DNA of 64,000 bases from IMG/VR virus record IMGVR_UViG_3300047160_010363, positions 1-64,000 of that record; one strand, written 5' to 3'. Shown piece by piece: positions 48,485 through 62,445 of this stretch. A model generated the notes under the pieces. The model made no database searches. It saw only the letters and a program-made list of their open reading frames with translations, and was not told where the DNA came from. Each line of letters begins with the position of its first letter. The stretch's first letter is position 1. This DNA is from a virus. Both the position numbers and the translations under genes were made by a program.

Positions 48485-48868
48485 ATGCGTACCTATGGTC
48501 GCGTCTCTGACGTAAATGGTAACCGCACATGGGTCGTGGTGATGACCGATGGCAACGGGTTTAACGATCTGGTGTGGATCACGACTCTTGCTCAGTGCCT
48601 GTATCTATCACCTGGGGAGAGCCCATTTTATGCGAATTATGGCATTCCAGCCGTAGCGTCGGTGCTGACTCAAGTGTTTCCGGATTTCTACGTCAACCGC
48701 ACGCAGGGACAATTCGCCAGCAAATTCGCCAGCCTCATCATCCAGCGCCAGCCGATCGTTCAGTCATCAACTCTACAGGCTCCCGTGCCCACGTACAACA
48801 TCGGTGTTGTCACGCACGCGGGAGCGCAGCTTCCGCCGATCACCATACCGACGAGCATCCCAGTTTAA
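48485..48868 (+). CDS. Baseplate wedge / sheath initiator protein
   Basis: MRTYGR, GESPFYANYGIP. Confidence 0.75.
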   Translation: MRTYGRVSDVNGNRTWVVVMTDGNGFNDLVWITTLAQCLYLSPGESPFYANYGIPAVASVLTQVFPDFYVNRTQGQFASKFASLIIQRQPIVQSSTLQAPVPTYNIGVVTHAGAQLPPITIPTSIPV

Positions 48869-49050
48869 AACCGTCGTTGTGAATTCTCTAATAGAGCCGC
48901 CAAAATATCAGTAACACTGGCGTGTTTCGGGAGGTGTATGGATCGTTTTTCGGCGATATTTCTAAGGTACTGGTTCAACCACCGGACTAGCGGAAATGGC
49001 GCTGCTATAATAAAGGCAGCCAACCACAGTTTGATGTTTTCTATAGTCAT
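48865..49050 (-). CDS. Small inserted membrane protein
   Basis: One hydrophobic segment. Confidence 0.5.
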   Translation of the reverse strand: MTIENIKLWLAAFIIAAPFPLVRWLNQYLRNIAEKRSIHLPKHASVTDILAALLENSQRRF

Positions 49051-49076
49051 GAGTCAGATTTTTCCATTTCAATGAG

Positions 49077-49223
49077 TTACTCTTTGGTTTTCCCCTTGTA
49101 TCTCGTTCGCTTCTGCCAGGCGCGCACTTTGCAGCTTGATGAGCAGTACTTCTGTTTCCAGCGTTTGCGTCGCACCACTTGTCTGCACTCTTGGCATGTG
49201 AGGTTGCCCATCTTTATGGCCAT
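49077..49223 (-). CDS. 48-aa basic zinc-finger protein (not in track)
   Basis: MAIKMGNLTCQECRQVVRRKRWKQKYCSSSCKVRAWQKR... Confidence 0.75.
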   Translation of the reverse strand: MAIKMGNLTCQECRQVVRRKRWKQKYCSSSCKVRAWQKRTRYKGKTKE

Positions 49224-49230
49224 AGAAATT

Positions 49231-49259
49231 ATTTTACCCTTTTACTGTTCTAGTGTAAA
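49231..49259 (-). promoter_or_regulatory. Sigma70-like promoter P5, likely leaderless transcript
   Basis: TTTACA-N17-TAAAAT, 7 nt before ATG 49223. Confidence 0.7.
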
Positions 49260-49326
49260 GTCTATTTATAAGTTATTCCCGCTCATCCTACGCGCTCCCA
49301 CGCGCTCCCACGAAGCGGTTTAAAGC

Positions 49327-50760
49327 GTGAGCGGCCTCCCACCTGCAGTAACGTTCACAGACGCTGGCCCGCAGCCACAATCTCCAGCTTCCATACGCCT
49401 GCAAATCGTTAATGCTGTCGCGGCTGTCGATCCGGGATTCACGGACAACCTGCCTGGGTCGCTGATCGAGGACATAGTCTCGACCGATGTTGCGGCGGTC
49501 GCCCAGTGCGACCAGGCGCGCGTTGACTTGATTAACTCGGTATCGCCGCTCGCTGCTAACCCATATGTTCTTGGTCAGCTGGGGCAAGTCTATGGCGTCC
49601 CGTTGGGAGTTGGCAGCAATACGTCGGTTAACGTGATCTTTTCGTCCAGTCCAGCCGCTCCAGGGTTCGTGATCCAACCTGGTTTTGTGGTTTCAGACGG
49701 CACCCATCAGTATACTGTCCAAGATGGCGGCGTTCTGGGCTCCAACGGCAGCTCCCCAGAGTTGTTTGCGCTCGCCGGTGTAAGCGGAACTTGGGCGGTG
49801 CCTCCCAACACCGTGACCCAGCTAGTGACCTCGGTTCCAACTGGTGTGAATCTTTCTGTCACCAATCCGCTTGGAGGGATACCGGGGCAGGCGGGTCAGA
49901 CGGTTGAATCTTACCAGTCGCAAGTCCTTCAAGCTGGACTTTCGTCGAGCCAGGGGGTTGAGCGCTACGTGCGCACGATGGTGCTTGGAGTTCAGGGGGT
50001 TCAGCAGCGTCTGGTTTCGATCCGCCAGCTCCCCGTTGGTTGGGAGGTGATAGTTGGCGGCGGCGATGTGTACGCTGTCGGCTACGCTATATTTACGGGC
50101 ATCGGAGCGGGTTTGCCACTGCTTGTCGGTTCCACGCTTTTCATCACCAACATCACACAATCCCCCAATGGGCAGGTGACCACTCAGCTCAATCATGAAT
50201 ATGTGTCTGGTCAGATCGTAACCATCAACGACGTTCAGGGCATGACTGAGGTCAACGGCCTGAACTTTACAGTCACGGTTATAGACCAGAGGAACTTTCT
50301 GCTCAATATATCCACAGCCGGGTTTGCTGCGTACACGATTGGTGGGCAGGTGACGCCTAACCTCCGCAATGTGGCCGTGCAGATACTCGATTATCCGGAC
50401 ACGTACACTGTGCCGTATGTCTTACCACCTGAGCAGGTCGTCACAGTCACTGCAACTTGGAATACGACTCTACCAGGGTTTGTTCAGGGATCAACTGTGA
50501 ATATCTTGGCGGCGCCAGCTGTCCAAGCTTACATTAATACAGTGTCGGTTGGCGCCCCCATACTCGTTTACCTTATGGAGGAGGCATTCTCAAACGCAGT
50601 GGCCTCAGTGCTTCCGCCACAGTTCTTGACGCGTTTGATATTCCAAGTCTACATCAACGGCATATATACACCAGCACTGCCCGGCACTCAGGAGGTCATT
50701 GGCGACGCGGAGAGTTACTTCTTTGCCGCTGACGGGTCGGTCAACGTAGTGCAGGGTTGA
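49327..50760 (+). CDS. Baseplate J-like protein
   Basis: NLPGSLIEDI.STD, GFVVSDGT.QY, WEVIVGGGD. Confidence 0.88.
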   Translation: MSGLPPAVTFTDAGPQPQSPASIRLQIVNAVAAVDPGFTDNLPGSLIEDIVSTDVAAVAQCDQARVDLINSVSPLAANPYVLGQLGQVYGVPLGVGSNTSVNVIFSSSPAAPGFVIQPGFVVSDGTHQYTVQDGGVLGSNGSSPELFALAGVSGTWAVPPNTVTQLVTSVPTGVNLSVTNPLGGIPGQAGQTVESYQSQVLQAGLSSSQGVERYVRTMVLGVQGVQQRLVSIRQLPVGWEVIVGGGDVYAVGYAIFTGIGAGLPLLVGSTLFITNITQSPNGQVTTQLNHEYVSGQIVTINDVQGMTEVNGLNFTVTVIDQRNFLLNISTAGFAAYTIGGQVTPNLRNVAVQILDYPDTYTVPYVLPPEQVVTVTATWNTTLPGFVQGSTVNILAAPAVQAYINTVSVGAPILVYLMEEAFSNAVASVLPPQFLTRLIFQVYINGIYTPALPGTQEVIGDAESYFFAADGSVNVVQG

Positions 50761-50766
50761 GGATCT

Positions 50767-51078
50767 TCAGGATTTGTGAATTCTTTCAGATATGATAGTA
50801 GGATATAGGTCATAGGCTTCATTTGGATAGGCATAAATCATGAAATCAATTGGTTGCCAATAAAAACCGTATTCCGATTTGGGATCTATCTGAATTCTAG
50901 CAGTCAATTTGATCCAACAATCGGTTGGATCAAATGCAATTTTCCGAGGTAATGATCCCCATAACATGATATTTTCAGTAGTTTTAATGAGCATTTTGGG
51001 GCAGATCCATGTATCTTTATCCATGTTAAAGGTGCGCACTTTACGCACTATACCGCTAATCTTGCTACGATTTAACAT
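50767..51078 (-). CDS. AT-rich inserted hypothetical protein
   Basis: GAGG SD; TAA-ATG junction with upstream small ORF. Confidence 0.55.
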   Translation of the reverse strand: MLNRSKISGIVRKVRTFNMDKDTWICPKMLIKTTENIMLWGSLPRKIAFDPTDCWIKLTARIQIDPKSEYGFYWQPIDFMIYAYPNEAYDLYPTIISERIHKS

Positions 51079-51225
51079 TTAGATTGTTTCCTCTTTTATG
51101 GGATCGTGCTCTTTGTGCCAAATTAAGCGGCTATTTATGATGCTGGCGAGCGCGGCGACTGAGTTGTCCAGTTGGCGCACTATTTCAACCAGTTCGCGCA
51201 TTATGGCGATCTCTTCAGTAGTCAT
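51079..51225 (-). CDS. 48-aa helical hypothetical protein (not in track)
   Basis: MTTEEIAIMRELVEIVRQLDNSVAAL...; stop abuts next ATG. Confidence 0.4.
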   Translation of the reverse strand: MTTEEIAIMRELVEIVRQLDNSVAALASIINSRLIWHKEHDPIKEETI

Positions 51226-51228
51226 TTA

Positions 51229-51990
51229 ATGACAACCTTTATCACAGGGTTTACACCTTCAGGTCAGCCCGTTTTTTCGATGGACTCGCCTGGCCTACCG
51301 TTAGTCATACCGAGCTATCTCTACACCTGGTACCAAGATGACGACGACCTTCAAGCGTTCGTCGCAACGTACAACAGCATGACCCAGACGTATGTAAATT
51401 GGTTTAATCAGATCGGTCTGCCTATCTACCCGGGAGTGCTTATCGTCGGTTCGTTGCTCGATTGGGTGGCTGAAGGCATCTACGGGTACACGCGACTGGC
51501 CGGTATGTCGGACGATATACTGAAGAGGACGCTCACCTGGCTGTTCTACAAAGGGGACGGTAAGTACTTCAACGTAGTGTGGTTGAAGCGGCGAGTCATG
51601 CGGTTCTTGGAAGGTATAAACGGCACAGACCAGGGTACCGCCACCACGTACCAGGTGTCTGTTTCTTTTGGTGCTGGTTATAAGGTAACCATCAACGCTT
51701 TCAAACAGGATGTCGTCGACGCGACTTATGACGGGCAGGGGTATTCCAATCAGGTATTTCCAAACGGCACGTCCCAATCTGTACCGTTTGGCTTTCCGAA
51801 CCTCTACAGCAATTGCTGCTATAATGGTAATCCTCCAGCACTGATACTCAACCCCACCGAGGTTCCAGTCAATAATGCTTGGACGATAGCTCTATTGGCA
51901 CCATTTACTAACAACATGGATCTCCAGTCCGGCATTGCGAATGGGTCCCTGGAGACGCCATTCCAGCTTCAGTTCAACGTAACGATATGA
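51229..51990 (+). CDS. Baseplate wedge (gpI-like) protein
   Basis: IPSYLY..Y.DDDDLQAFV, LLDWVA.GIYG, YKGDG. Confidence 0.8.
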   Translation: MTTFITGFTPSGQPVFSMDSPGLPLVIPSYLYTWYQDDDDLQAFVATYNSMTQTYVNWFNQIGLPIYPGVLIVGSLLDWVAEGIYGYTRLAGMSDDILKRTLTWLFYKGDGKYFNVVWLKRRVMRFLEGINGTDQGTATTYQVSVSFGAGYKVTINAFKQDVVDATYDGQGYSNQVFPNGTSQSVPFGFPNLYSNCCYNGNPPALILNPTEVPVNNAWTIALLAPFTNNMDLQSGIANGSLETPFQLQFNVTI

Positions 51991-52078
51991 ACTGCTTGAA
52001 TAGAATGCGATCAATCTCGTAATCCTCATCCTCGTATGACCATAGCATTGTGTCTTTTGCAGTCATGGAGATTTCCTC

Positions 52079-52324
52079 ATGCCACTAAACCGTTCCGATC
52101 CACCAGTAAGCGAAGCCGAGCGTCGCGCCATGCGAGCAGCTGCAAGTGGCAACTCGACACTTGGTATCCCGAAGTCGGTCGGGAAAGAGTTCTCTGAGGC
52201 CGACCCTGGCGGCAAGCTGCCAGAGCACAAGGACGATGATTGCTCATCGTACCTCGACGCTGCTAGTAGGGGCGACTCGGCTGGGATGGTGAAGCACCGT
52301 GACGCTATGCTGAAGAAGAGGTAG
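52079..52324 (+). CDS. Small conserved phage protein
   Basis: [25 protein letters not shown]; GGAG SD. Confidence 0.7.
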   Translation: MPLNRSDPPVSEAERRAMRAAASGNSTLGIPKSVGKEFSEADPGGKLPEHKDDDCSSYLDAASRGDSAGMVKHRDAMLKKR

Positions 52325-52688
52325 CAAGTCTCTCCAAAACTTGGCGCACTGTTGCTAGCCGCTGCTCCGGGGTGCAGTTTGCGTTCTCGTCAATCAGCGT
52401 GGTGGCCTTGCCGGTGCGCCAGTCAGGTACGGTTGTAATGACGACGTCGATGCTCTTGCCAACACGGCGCTCGACATAACCACCATAGGCATTGCGTGCC
52501 CAGCCTCCGCTCTCGACCTTATTCCAGGTCATAAACGCCTTGGTCTTGCCGGTGTGTTTGCCGCGCACATAACGTGGCAGTGCGTCTACCAGTTCCTGGC
52601 CAAATCGGCGAACGGCCATGTCGTAGCCGAAGGCGGTGTGCAGGAAAGCGGTGTGTGTGGTTATATGTGCTCTTGGGGGGCGACTCAT
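52305..52688 (-). CDS. Early-type hypothetical protein
   Basis: AACCAGAGGAG leader. Confidence 0.7.
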   Translation of the reverse strand: MSRPPRAHITTHTAFLHTAFGYDMAVRRFGQELVDALPRYVRGKHTGKTKAFMTWNKVESGGWARNAYGGYVERRVGKSIDVVITTVPDWRTGKATTLIDENANCTPEQRLATVRQVLERLATSSSA

Positions 52689-52709
52689 GGGTCATCTCCT
52701 CTGGTTAAC

Positions 52710-52940
52710 TCATACCGGGAAGCGCCGGCAGAAGCGCCGGGCGGCCACGAACTGCGGGTTGTCGATCAGGCCGTTGTGGAGATTGCCGAAGGCACCGAGC
52801 AGGATATTAGCGGCTTGAAAGTAGCCGTTGGCCTCCCGAATGAGGCTCTCCGCCTTTTGGACGTTTGGCTCAGAAGCAACTTGGTCGGCGAGAAGGTGAC
52901 CGTCTGCCAGGAGCTGAAGGATAGTTTGGGTTGGGGACAT
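52710..52940 (-). CDS. Early-type hypothetical protein
   Basis: Promoter P4 and AACCAGAGGAG leader. Confidence 0.7.
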   Translation of the reverse strand: MSPTQTILQLLADGHLLADQVASEPNVQKAESLIREANGYFQAANILLGAFGNLHNGLIDNPQFVAARRFCRRFPV

Positions 52941-52970
52941 TTTGAGTCATCTCCTCTGGTTAACAAAAGC

Positions 52971-53029
52971 ATTTTACCTCCTTCTATCAAAGAAGTAAAC
53001 AAAAAAGTGATGGGTCAATGAGGATTTTT
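52971..53029 (-). promoter_or_regulatory. Sigma70-like early promoter P4
   Basis: TTTACT-N17-TAAAAT plus upstream element nearly identical to P2. Confidence 0.8.
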
Positions 53030-53100
53030 GGAGAAAAATATGCGAGGTAAATCAAGTGTTTAACGCATATCCAACCAGCGCGAGCTACGCGAGCTGACGC

Positions 53101-57891
<4,791 letters not shown>

Positions 57892-57895
<4 letters not shown>

Positions 57896-59322
57896 TGCGG
57901 ATTGGCATAAGAGTGTTGCGTAAGTGTGTCGCGCTATGTGGTGTTTTATTTATTTGCGGCACTGCCATCACTACATTGGCACTCCAAGGCGGTGGGGGCA
58001 TGCTCGTTGGTGGAGCATCGTTATTACCGCATATTATCAATATACTGATGTTAGGTACGTCATTCACAATCGGTACCGCGAGCACAATCGGTACCGCGAC
58101 CGTGAATGTAAGTACAGGCACTCCAATTCCCACCTTCTCGCTTGCGACTACAGCGGGCTGCACTAACTACGCCGGGCACATAACGATCAATAGCAGTTCC
58201 GGTGTAGTCTCCTATGACGGGAATAGTGGCGTCGGTTCTGGGACGCTTTGCGTGGTGGATACCGATGCGCAAGCTAAGGTGACGAATAGCCCATTCACAC
58301 AAATGATCGGTCTAACTGGACAGTCAGTATCAACAGGTGGTGTGTGTGACAACCCCACGGTCCCCCGCCCTGCCAACGCGGTCGGGTTCACGACCCTTGC
58401 TTATTGCGTCGATTGGTCAACGCCGCAAGGTAGCACAAATAATGTCACGCAAAAAGGGGTGGCACAGTCCATAGACTGGTCAAACCGCGCGCTATGGCTT
58501 AATTGTGCAGGTGCATCAGGCAGCGCAATTCAATGGATTGCAGACACCAGTCAGACAGCAAATCTCTGTTCCGGCATCCTCGTCATGACCGATCCGTCTG
58601 TCAACAAGCCTGCTTTGCGGCTACAAATCACTCCCGCCGACGGAGCGGTAATTCCACTCATTGATACCATGCAGCAAGGATGCCCTTCGGGGAAATGCGC
58701 CGAGGTATTCCCGACTACCAATGCTTATTACGAAGTCTCTCTAGCCCGGCCATCAACCAATTTCGCTGGCACCGGAGTCGGCACCGACATCGATGTGTTC
58801 GCTGGATGGCGGAACTTTAATGAAACCGGGAATCCGGCGCTAGAGATAGACTTCATCGAGTCCTTCGGCACCCATGGTAATCAAGGATGCGTAAATTATA
58901 TTGTCGCTATTCACAACTGGGCTGACTCCCAAAATGGAAATGGAATAGCTGGAGTTAGTGGTTGGCCGAGCCCACCGTGTGTGACGGACACTAATTATCA
59001 CACGTACAGCACTTTGATCGCGTCAAACCGCAGCAATTTGCTGTCCGCGTGCTGGTATTTTGACACAACATCAGTGAAAAGCAGTTGCACCGTTGGCGTG
59101 TCCACGGTCAGTGCAGGGTCTTTTACTCAAGAGGGCAACGCGATCATAGCTGGGCCGGGGACGGGGCATTATGGGGCTGATGGCCCTGTGACAGCGACCG
59201 CCACCATCTGGGTCGCCTGGCTGCGAGTGTGGTCATGTGCTGGATGGAATTCCACTCCAAACACTCTAATCACGACAACGAATTCGTGTTCCGTCAGTTC
59301 TCCCCCATCGAGCCCGCCATGA
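57892..59322 (+). CDS. Cadherin-like + GH16/ConA-like glycoside hydrolase with hydrophobic N-terminus
   Basis: EIDFIE motif, YYE, YHTY, WYFD, WLRVW. Confidence 0.7.
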
Positions 59323-59375
59323 GAAATTATCCATTTGTCGATTAAGCTCTATGCGAGTATCATGGTGTTCTGGAT

Positions 59376-59696
59376 ATGGTTTTTCATAACGCAGTAATGG
59401 GCATGACGAGAAATGAACCATTGTCTGGTTTACGGTTCTGCAAGCTGATCCTGGTGTGGATCAGCAGTATAGTGCTCTTGGACGGTGTGATGTGGGGAGC
59501 GTATTTCCTTGGGTGGGAGAATATAACTCCGCCCGAATATGCAGATCTATTACTCCAAGACCTTTCCCACACTAGCACTCCCCTCCCCACTCAGCAGAAG
59601 TCTGTTGTAACGTGTACTTATCCAACCCTTCCGCCTCTGGCACGCGCGGCGGGATTTACGATCCTTCCTGAGTGTACCAATCAAATTCACCCCTAG
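59376..59696 (+). CDS. Single-TM hypothetical protein
   Basis: Hydrophobic segment; start uncertain. Confidence 0.45.
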   Translation: MVFHNAVMGMTRNEPLSGLRFCKLILVWISSIVLLDGVMWGAYFLGWENITPPEYADLLLQDLSHTSTPLPTQQKSVVTCTYPTLPPLARAAGFTILPECTNQIHP

Positions 59697-59697
59697 C

Positions 59698-60606
59698 ATG
59701 ACGCGGCGCTATGTTGCATGGCTGTGGTTGCTTAGCGGCGCGCCGATTGGATTGGCGCTCATCTTTCTCCCCCCCGCGGTGCGGTTGTGGATCTTCGCCC
59801 TTTTCGTCCTGCTGGATACGGGCCATTCGCTCTCGCCGATCATCCTCGCGTGGACACATCGGGAGTTCCGTAGGCAGGTAATCTACCCTCAGCCGGCCAA
59901 ATTCCTACTGCTACCGGGGCTGATCGCGGGCGTGGCCGTTTTGATCGGCATCGCCACACAAGCGGGGTGGACATCCTTCCAACCAGGGCTGGGGGCCTAC
60001 ATTCGGATCACTGGGTGGCGCAATCCGCTTCCGCTCTTGGTATGGGTCTATTCGGCGTGGAACCTATACCACTTTGGGATGCAAAATTATGGCGTGGCAT
60101 CGCTTTTGTTGCAGGTTAATCGAGCCCGATCCAGTAGCTCACATGGAAGTTATAGCGGTTCTGTTGTTGGCTTTTTGCGTTTACGCAATCGTTGCGCTTT
60201 GAAGTGGTTTTGCCTTATCGGGTTCCTCGTTATCTACTTCGTGGTGAGCGGCATTAACGTGCTTGGGTTTTGGTGGATACCGGGACTTGATCAGGATATC
60301 TGGTGGCTCGGGCCGCTGGTCCTGTCCGGCATGCTGTCGGCCAACCACTGGATCGTGGACATTGGTCTCTCTGCGCGGGTGCGAGGCTGGTGGTTCCCCA
60401 TCGTCGTGCTCGCGGCTGGGATGATCGGGTTTGTGTGGCTCGTACCGACCCCCAATGAACGGCTGATTCGGACAATACCGGCCATCGTCTGCGTGCCAAT
60501 GGCCCTCGGATTTATGCATTTCCTCTATAGCCGGTGGGTCTGGCAATTCAGCGACCCGCGAGTGCGAGCGACAATCGGCCGTGATCTTGTGGCTCGGCCA
60601 GCGTGA
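59698..60606 (+). CDS. Multi-pass membrane protein with His motifs
   Basis: Many TM segments; DTGH, HFGMQNYG, NHW, HFLY. Confidence 0.75.
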   Translation: MTRRYVAWLWLLSGAPIGLALIFLPPAVRLWIFALFVLLDTGHSLSPIILAWTHREFRRQVIYPQPAKFLLLPGLIAGVAVLIGIATQAGWTSFQPGLGAYIRITGWRNPLPLLVWVYSAWNLYHFGMQNYGVASLLLQVNRARSSSSHGSYSGSVVGFLRLRNRCALKWFCLIGFLVIYFVVSGINVLGFWWIPGLDQDIWWLGPLVLSGMLSANHWIVDIGLSARVRGWWFPIVVLAAGMIGFVWLVPTPNERLIRTIPAIVCVPMALGFMHFLYSRWVWQFSDPRVRATIGRDLVARPA

Positions 60607-60710
60607 CCACCGGGCCGAGTCCCTCGTAGGAGCGTTAATGTCTGTTCTCATAGCTCGCCACGAAGTGCGCGAGCCGCTGGTTGCAGTGGACCTAATGGAA
60701 TGGACTTTCA

Positions 60711-61019
60711 ATGCCAAGAGAAGATTTTCGCGCGTTGCCCGAGCGACCGATTGATGCACTGCGACGACATGAAACAGCCATTCGATTGCTCGAAGAGAAC
60801 GCAGAAGATCAGAATAGCGTTAATGAACAGTTGCGCAATGAGGTTTGCTTGCTCCGTGAGTCTATTTTGACTGACAGAGTTAGATGGGCAACTCTTGGAA
60901 AAGTCGGACGGTTCGTATGGAAGTCCGCTCTTTATGGCGGTGCAGCAGCAGCAGGTTGGGCGTGGAACCATTCTGACAAGATTTGGTCATTCTTCCATCA
61001 GACAGACTCAAGGTCCTAA
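60711..61019 (+). CDS. Coiled-coil protein with C-terminal TM (lysis region)
   Basis: Heptad region then hydrophobic GGAAAAGW. Confidence 0.6.
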   Translation: MPREDFRALPERPIDALRRHETAIRLLEENAEDQNSVNEQLRNEVCLLRESILTDRVRWATLGKVGRFVWKSALYGGAAAAGWAWNHSDKIWSFFHQTDSRS

Positions 61020-61379
61020 ATGCTGAGGCCGTTACGCGAAATTGAATTAGAGGTGTTCCTTGCTGCACAGGAACTTGTGTTTAGCGTTGGGTTTTTGACG
61101 CTCGGTCCAGTAGCGTTGCGAGTTGTCAGTCTTTCGCACGCGCGCCTGGTCGGTGGTTGGCTTATTGCCACTACTGGTATGACTATCATAGGATTATTAT
61201 TTTATGCTTACGACAATTCTTGTGCACATCCACTACGTTTTATTGGTGCGCTGGGTTCAGGGTTATTGTGGTTGTTTCTGTTTTGGTCGATGCCAACATT
61301 AGTGCTTTCTGTTTTGTCTGTTTTGTTTATTTTAACTAAAGTGCACATTGCAATTACCGCGTGGTCTCATCAATGGTGA
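61020..61379 (+). CDS. 4-TM membrane protein (holin-like)
   Basis: Almost entirely hydrophobic. Confidence 0.55.
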   Translation: MLRPLREIELEVFLAAQELVFSVGFLTLGPVALRVVSLSHARLVGGWLIATTGMTIIGLLFYAYDNSCAHPLRFIGALGSGLLWLFLFWSMPTLVLSVLSVLFILTKVHIAITAWSHQW

Positions 61380-61720
61380 GCTATGTCCGCGACAAATGTC
61401 TACAGTTATTCAATGGTGGGCATTTAGTCATAATGGTGGTAACCGCAATGGGGCTGCTTGGCAGCACTGTTGGAGTGTGGACATCACTAAACTCAACCAT
61501 TGTAGAAAATAGAAAGGATGCTGAAGAGTTACGGCGAAAACTGGACGCTTTTATACAATCTGAAGAAGTGTGGAAAGATCGAGAGGATCGTTACGACAGA
61601 GAGGTGCGCGATACTATGCGCAGTGATCAACAGAACATTAACGACGCGCTTCGACAGATGAATAATCGTATCAATGAGGTAGCTTTGGCCGTTCGCGGCG
61701 GGTCAAACGGTCCGAAATAG
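61373..61720 (+). CDS. N-terminal TM + coiled-coil protein (lysis region)
   Basis: TM then charged helix. Confidence 0.6.
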   Translation: MVSYVRDKCLQLFNGGHLVIMVVTAMGLLGSTVGVWTSLNSTIVENRKDAEELRRKLDAFIQSEEVWKDREDRYDREVRDTMRSDQQNINDALRQMNNRINEVALAVRGGSNGPK

Positions 61721-61731
61721 CGAGGCAACGA

Positions 61732-62385
61732 ATGACCACTACGTTCTTGAATTTCGGCCCGGAACTGGATGCGATATTTGCGGACGCGCAGAAAATTCTC
61801 GTTAACCAGGCCACTGAGGCGACGTTCGAAACTAAGGTCCTTGCAGCACTTGCGGCGCTAGCTACGGCGCTCGACCAACAATCTGCACAGATCGCAAGTG
61901 GCTTTACCATTGATGTGAATTTGCTCAATCAAATCCTTGCTTGGGCAAACTATGACGCGACACCGGCTCGTGTCCGGTTCGTCGTCATAACCCACCGTGA
62001 TATCATAACAGGAGAACCAGTAAAGATGCCCACCGCGTTGATGAATGACGTGATCTCGAACATTCCGCTGGAGTTTGACAATCTCGTAGGAGTAAAGGTT
62101 GCTGCCCCGGTGGGAGGCACCATTACCCTTACAGTTGTGGATGATGCGAGCGGGAATCCTTCAACCGCTGCAACCGTGGCTATGGGCGCGGATGGTATGT
62201 CGGTAGATGTAACACCGACGCCGTCGGACGGGACGAACCTTGACCCGGGATTCACGATCAATTTCGAGGACATGGCCAACGCTGATTTGAAGGCCAGTCT
62301 CGACTGCAACTTCGTGAGTGATTCGGAAGCAGCCAACGTGCACTTTGTCACGACTGGTATCACGACGCGACCTGTCGGGCCGTAA
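61732..62385 (+). CDS. Helical N-terminus + Ig-like domain; internal start at 62026
   Basis: GAGG SD; internal AGGAG SD; paralog of 24451. Confidence 0.65.
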   Translation: MTTTFLNFGPELDAIFADAQKILVNQATEATFETKVLAALAALATALDQQSAQIASGFTIDVNLLNQILAWANYDATPARVRFVVITHRDIITGEPVKMPTALMNDVISNIPLEFDNLVGVKVAAPVGGTITLTVVDDASGNPSTAATVAMGADGMSVDVTPTPSDGTNLDPGFTINFEDMANADLKASLDCNFVSDSEAANVHFVTTGITTRPVGP

Positions 62386-62404
62386 GATCACTAGGAGCGG
62401 GAGT

Positions 62405-62431
62405 GGGGGACTTCGGTCCCCCAAACCTTTT
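62405..62431 (+). terminator. UUCG hairpin, possible terminator or attenuator ahead of endolysin
   Basis: GGGGGAC-TTCG-GTCCCCC followed by AAACCTTTT (weak U tract). Confidence 0.55.
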
Positions 62432-62445
62432 AGCGGAGCTAACAT

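Noticed and set aside
48440-48485. Further member of the TTTACT promoter family
   Set aside because: TTTACT is present but there is no acceptable -10 at 17 bp
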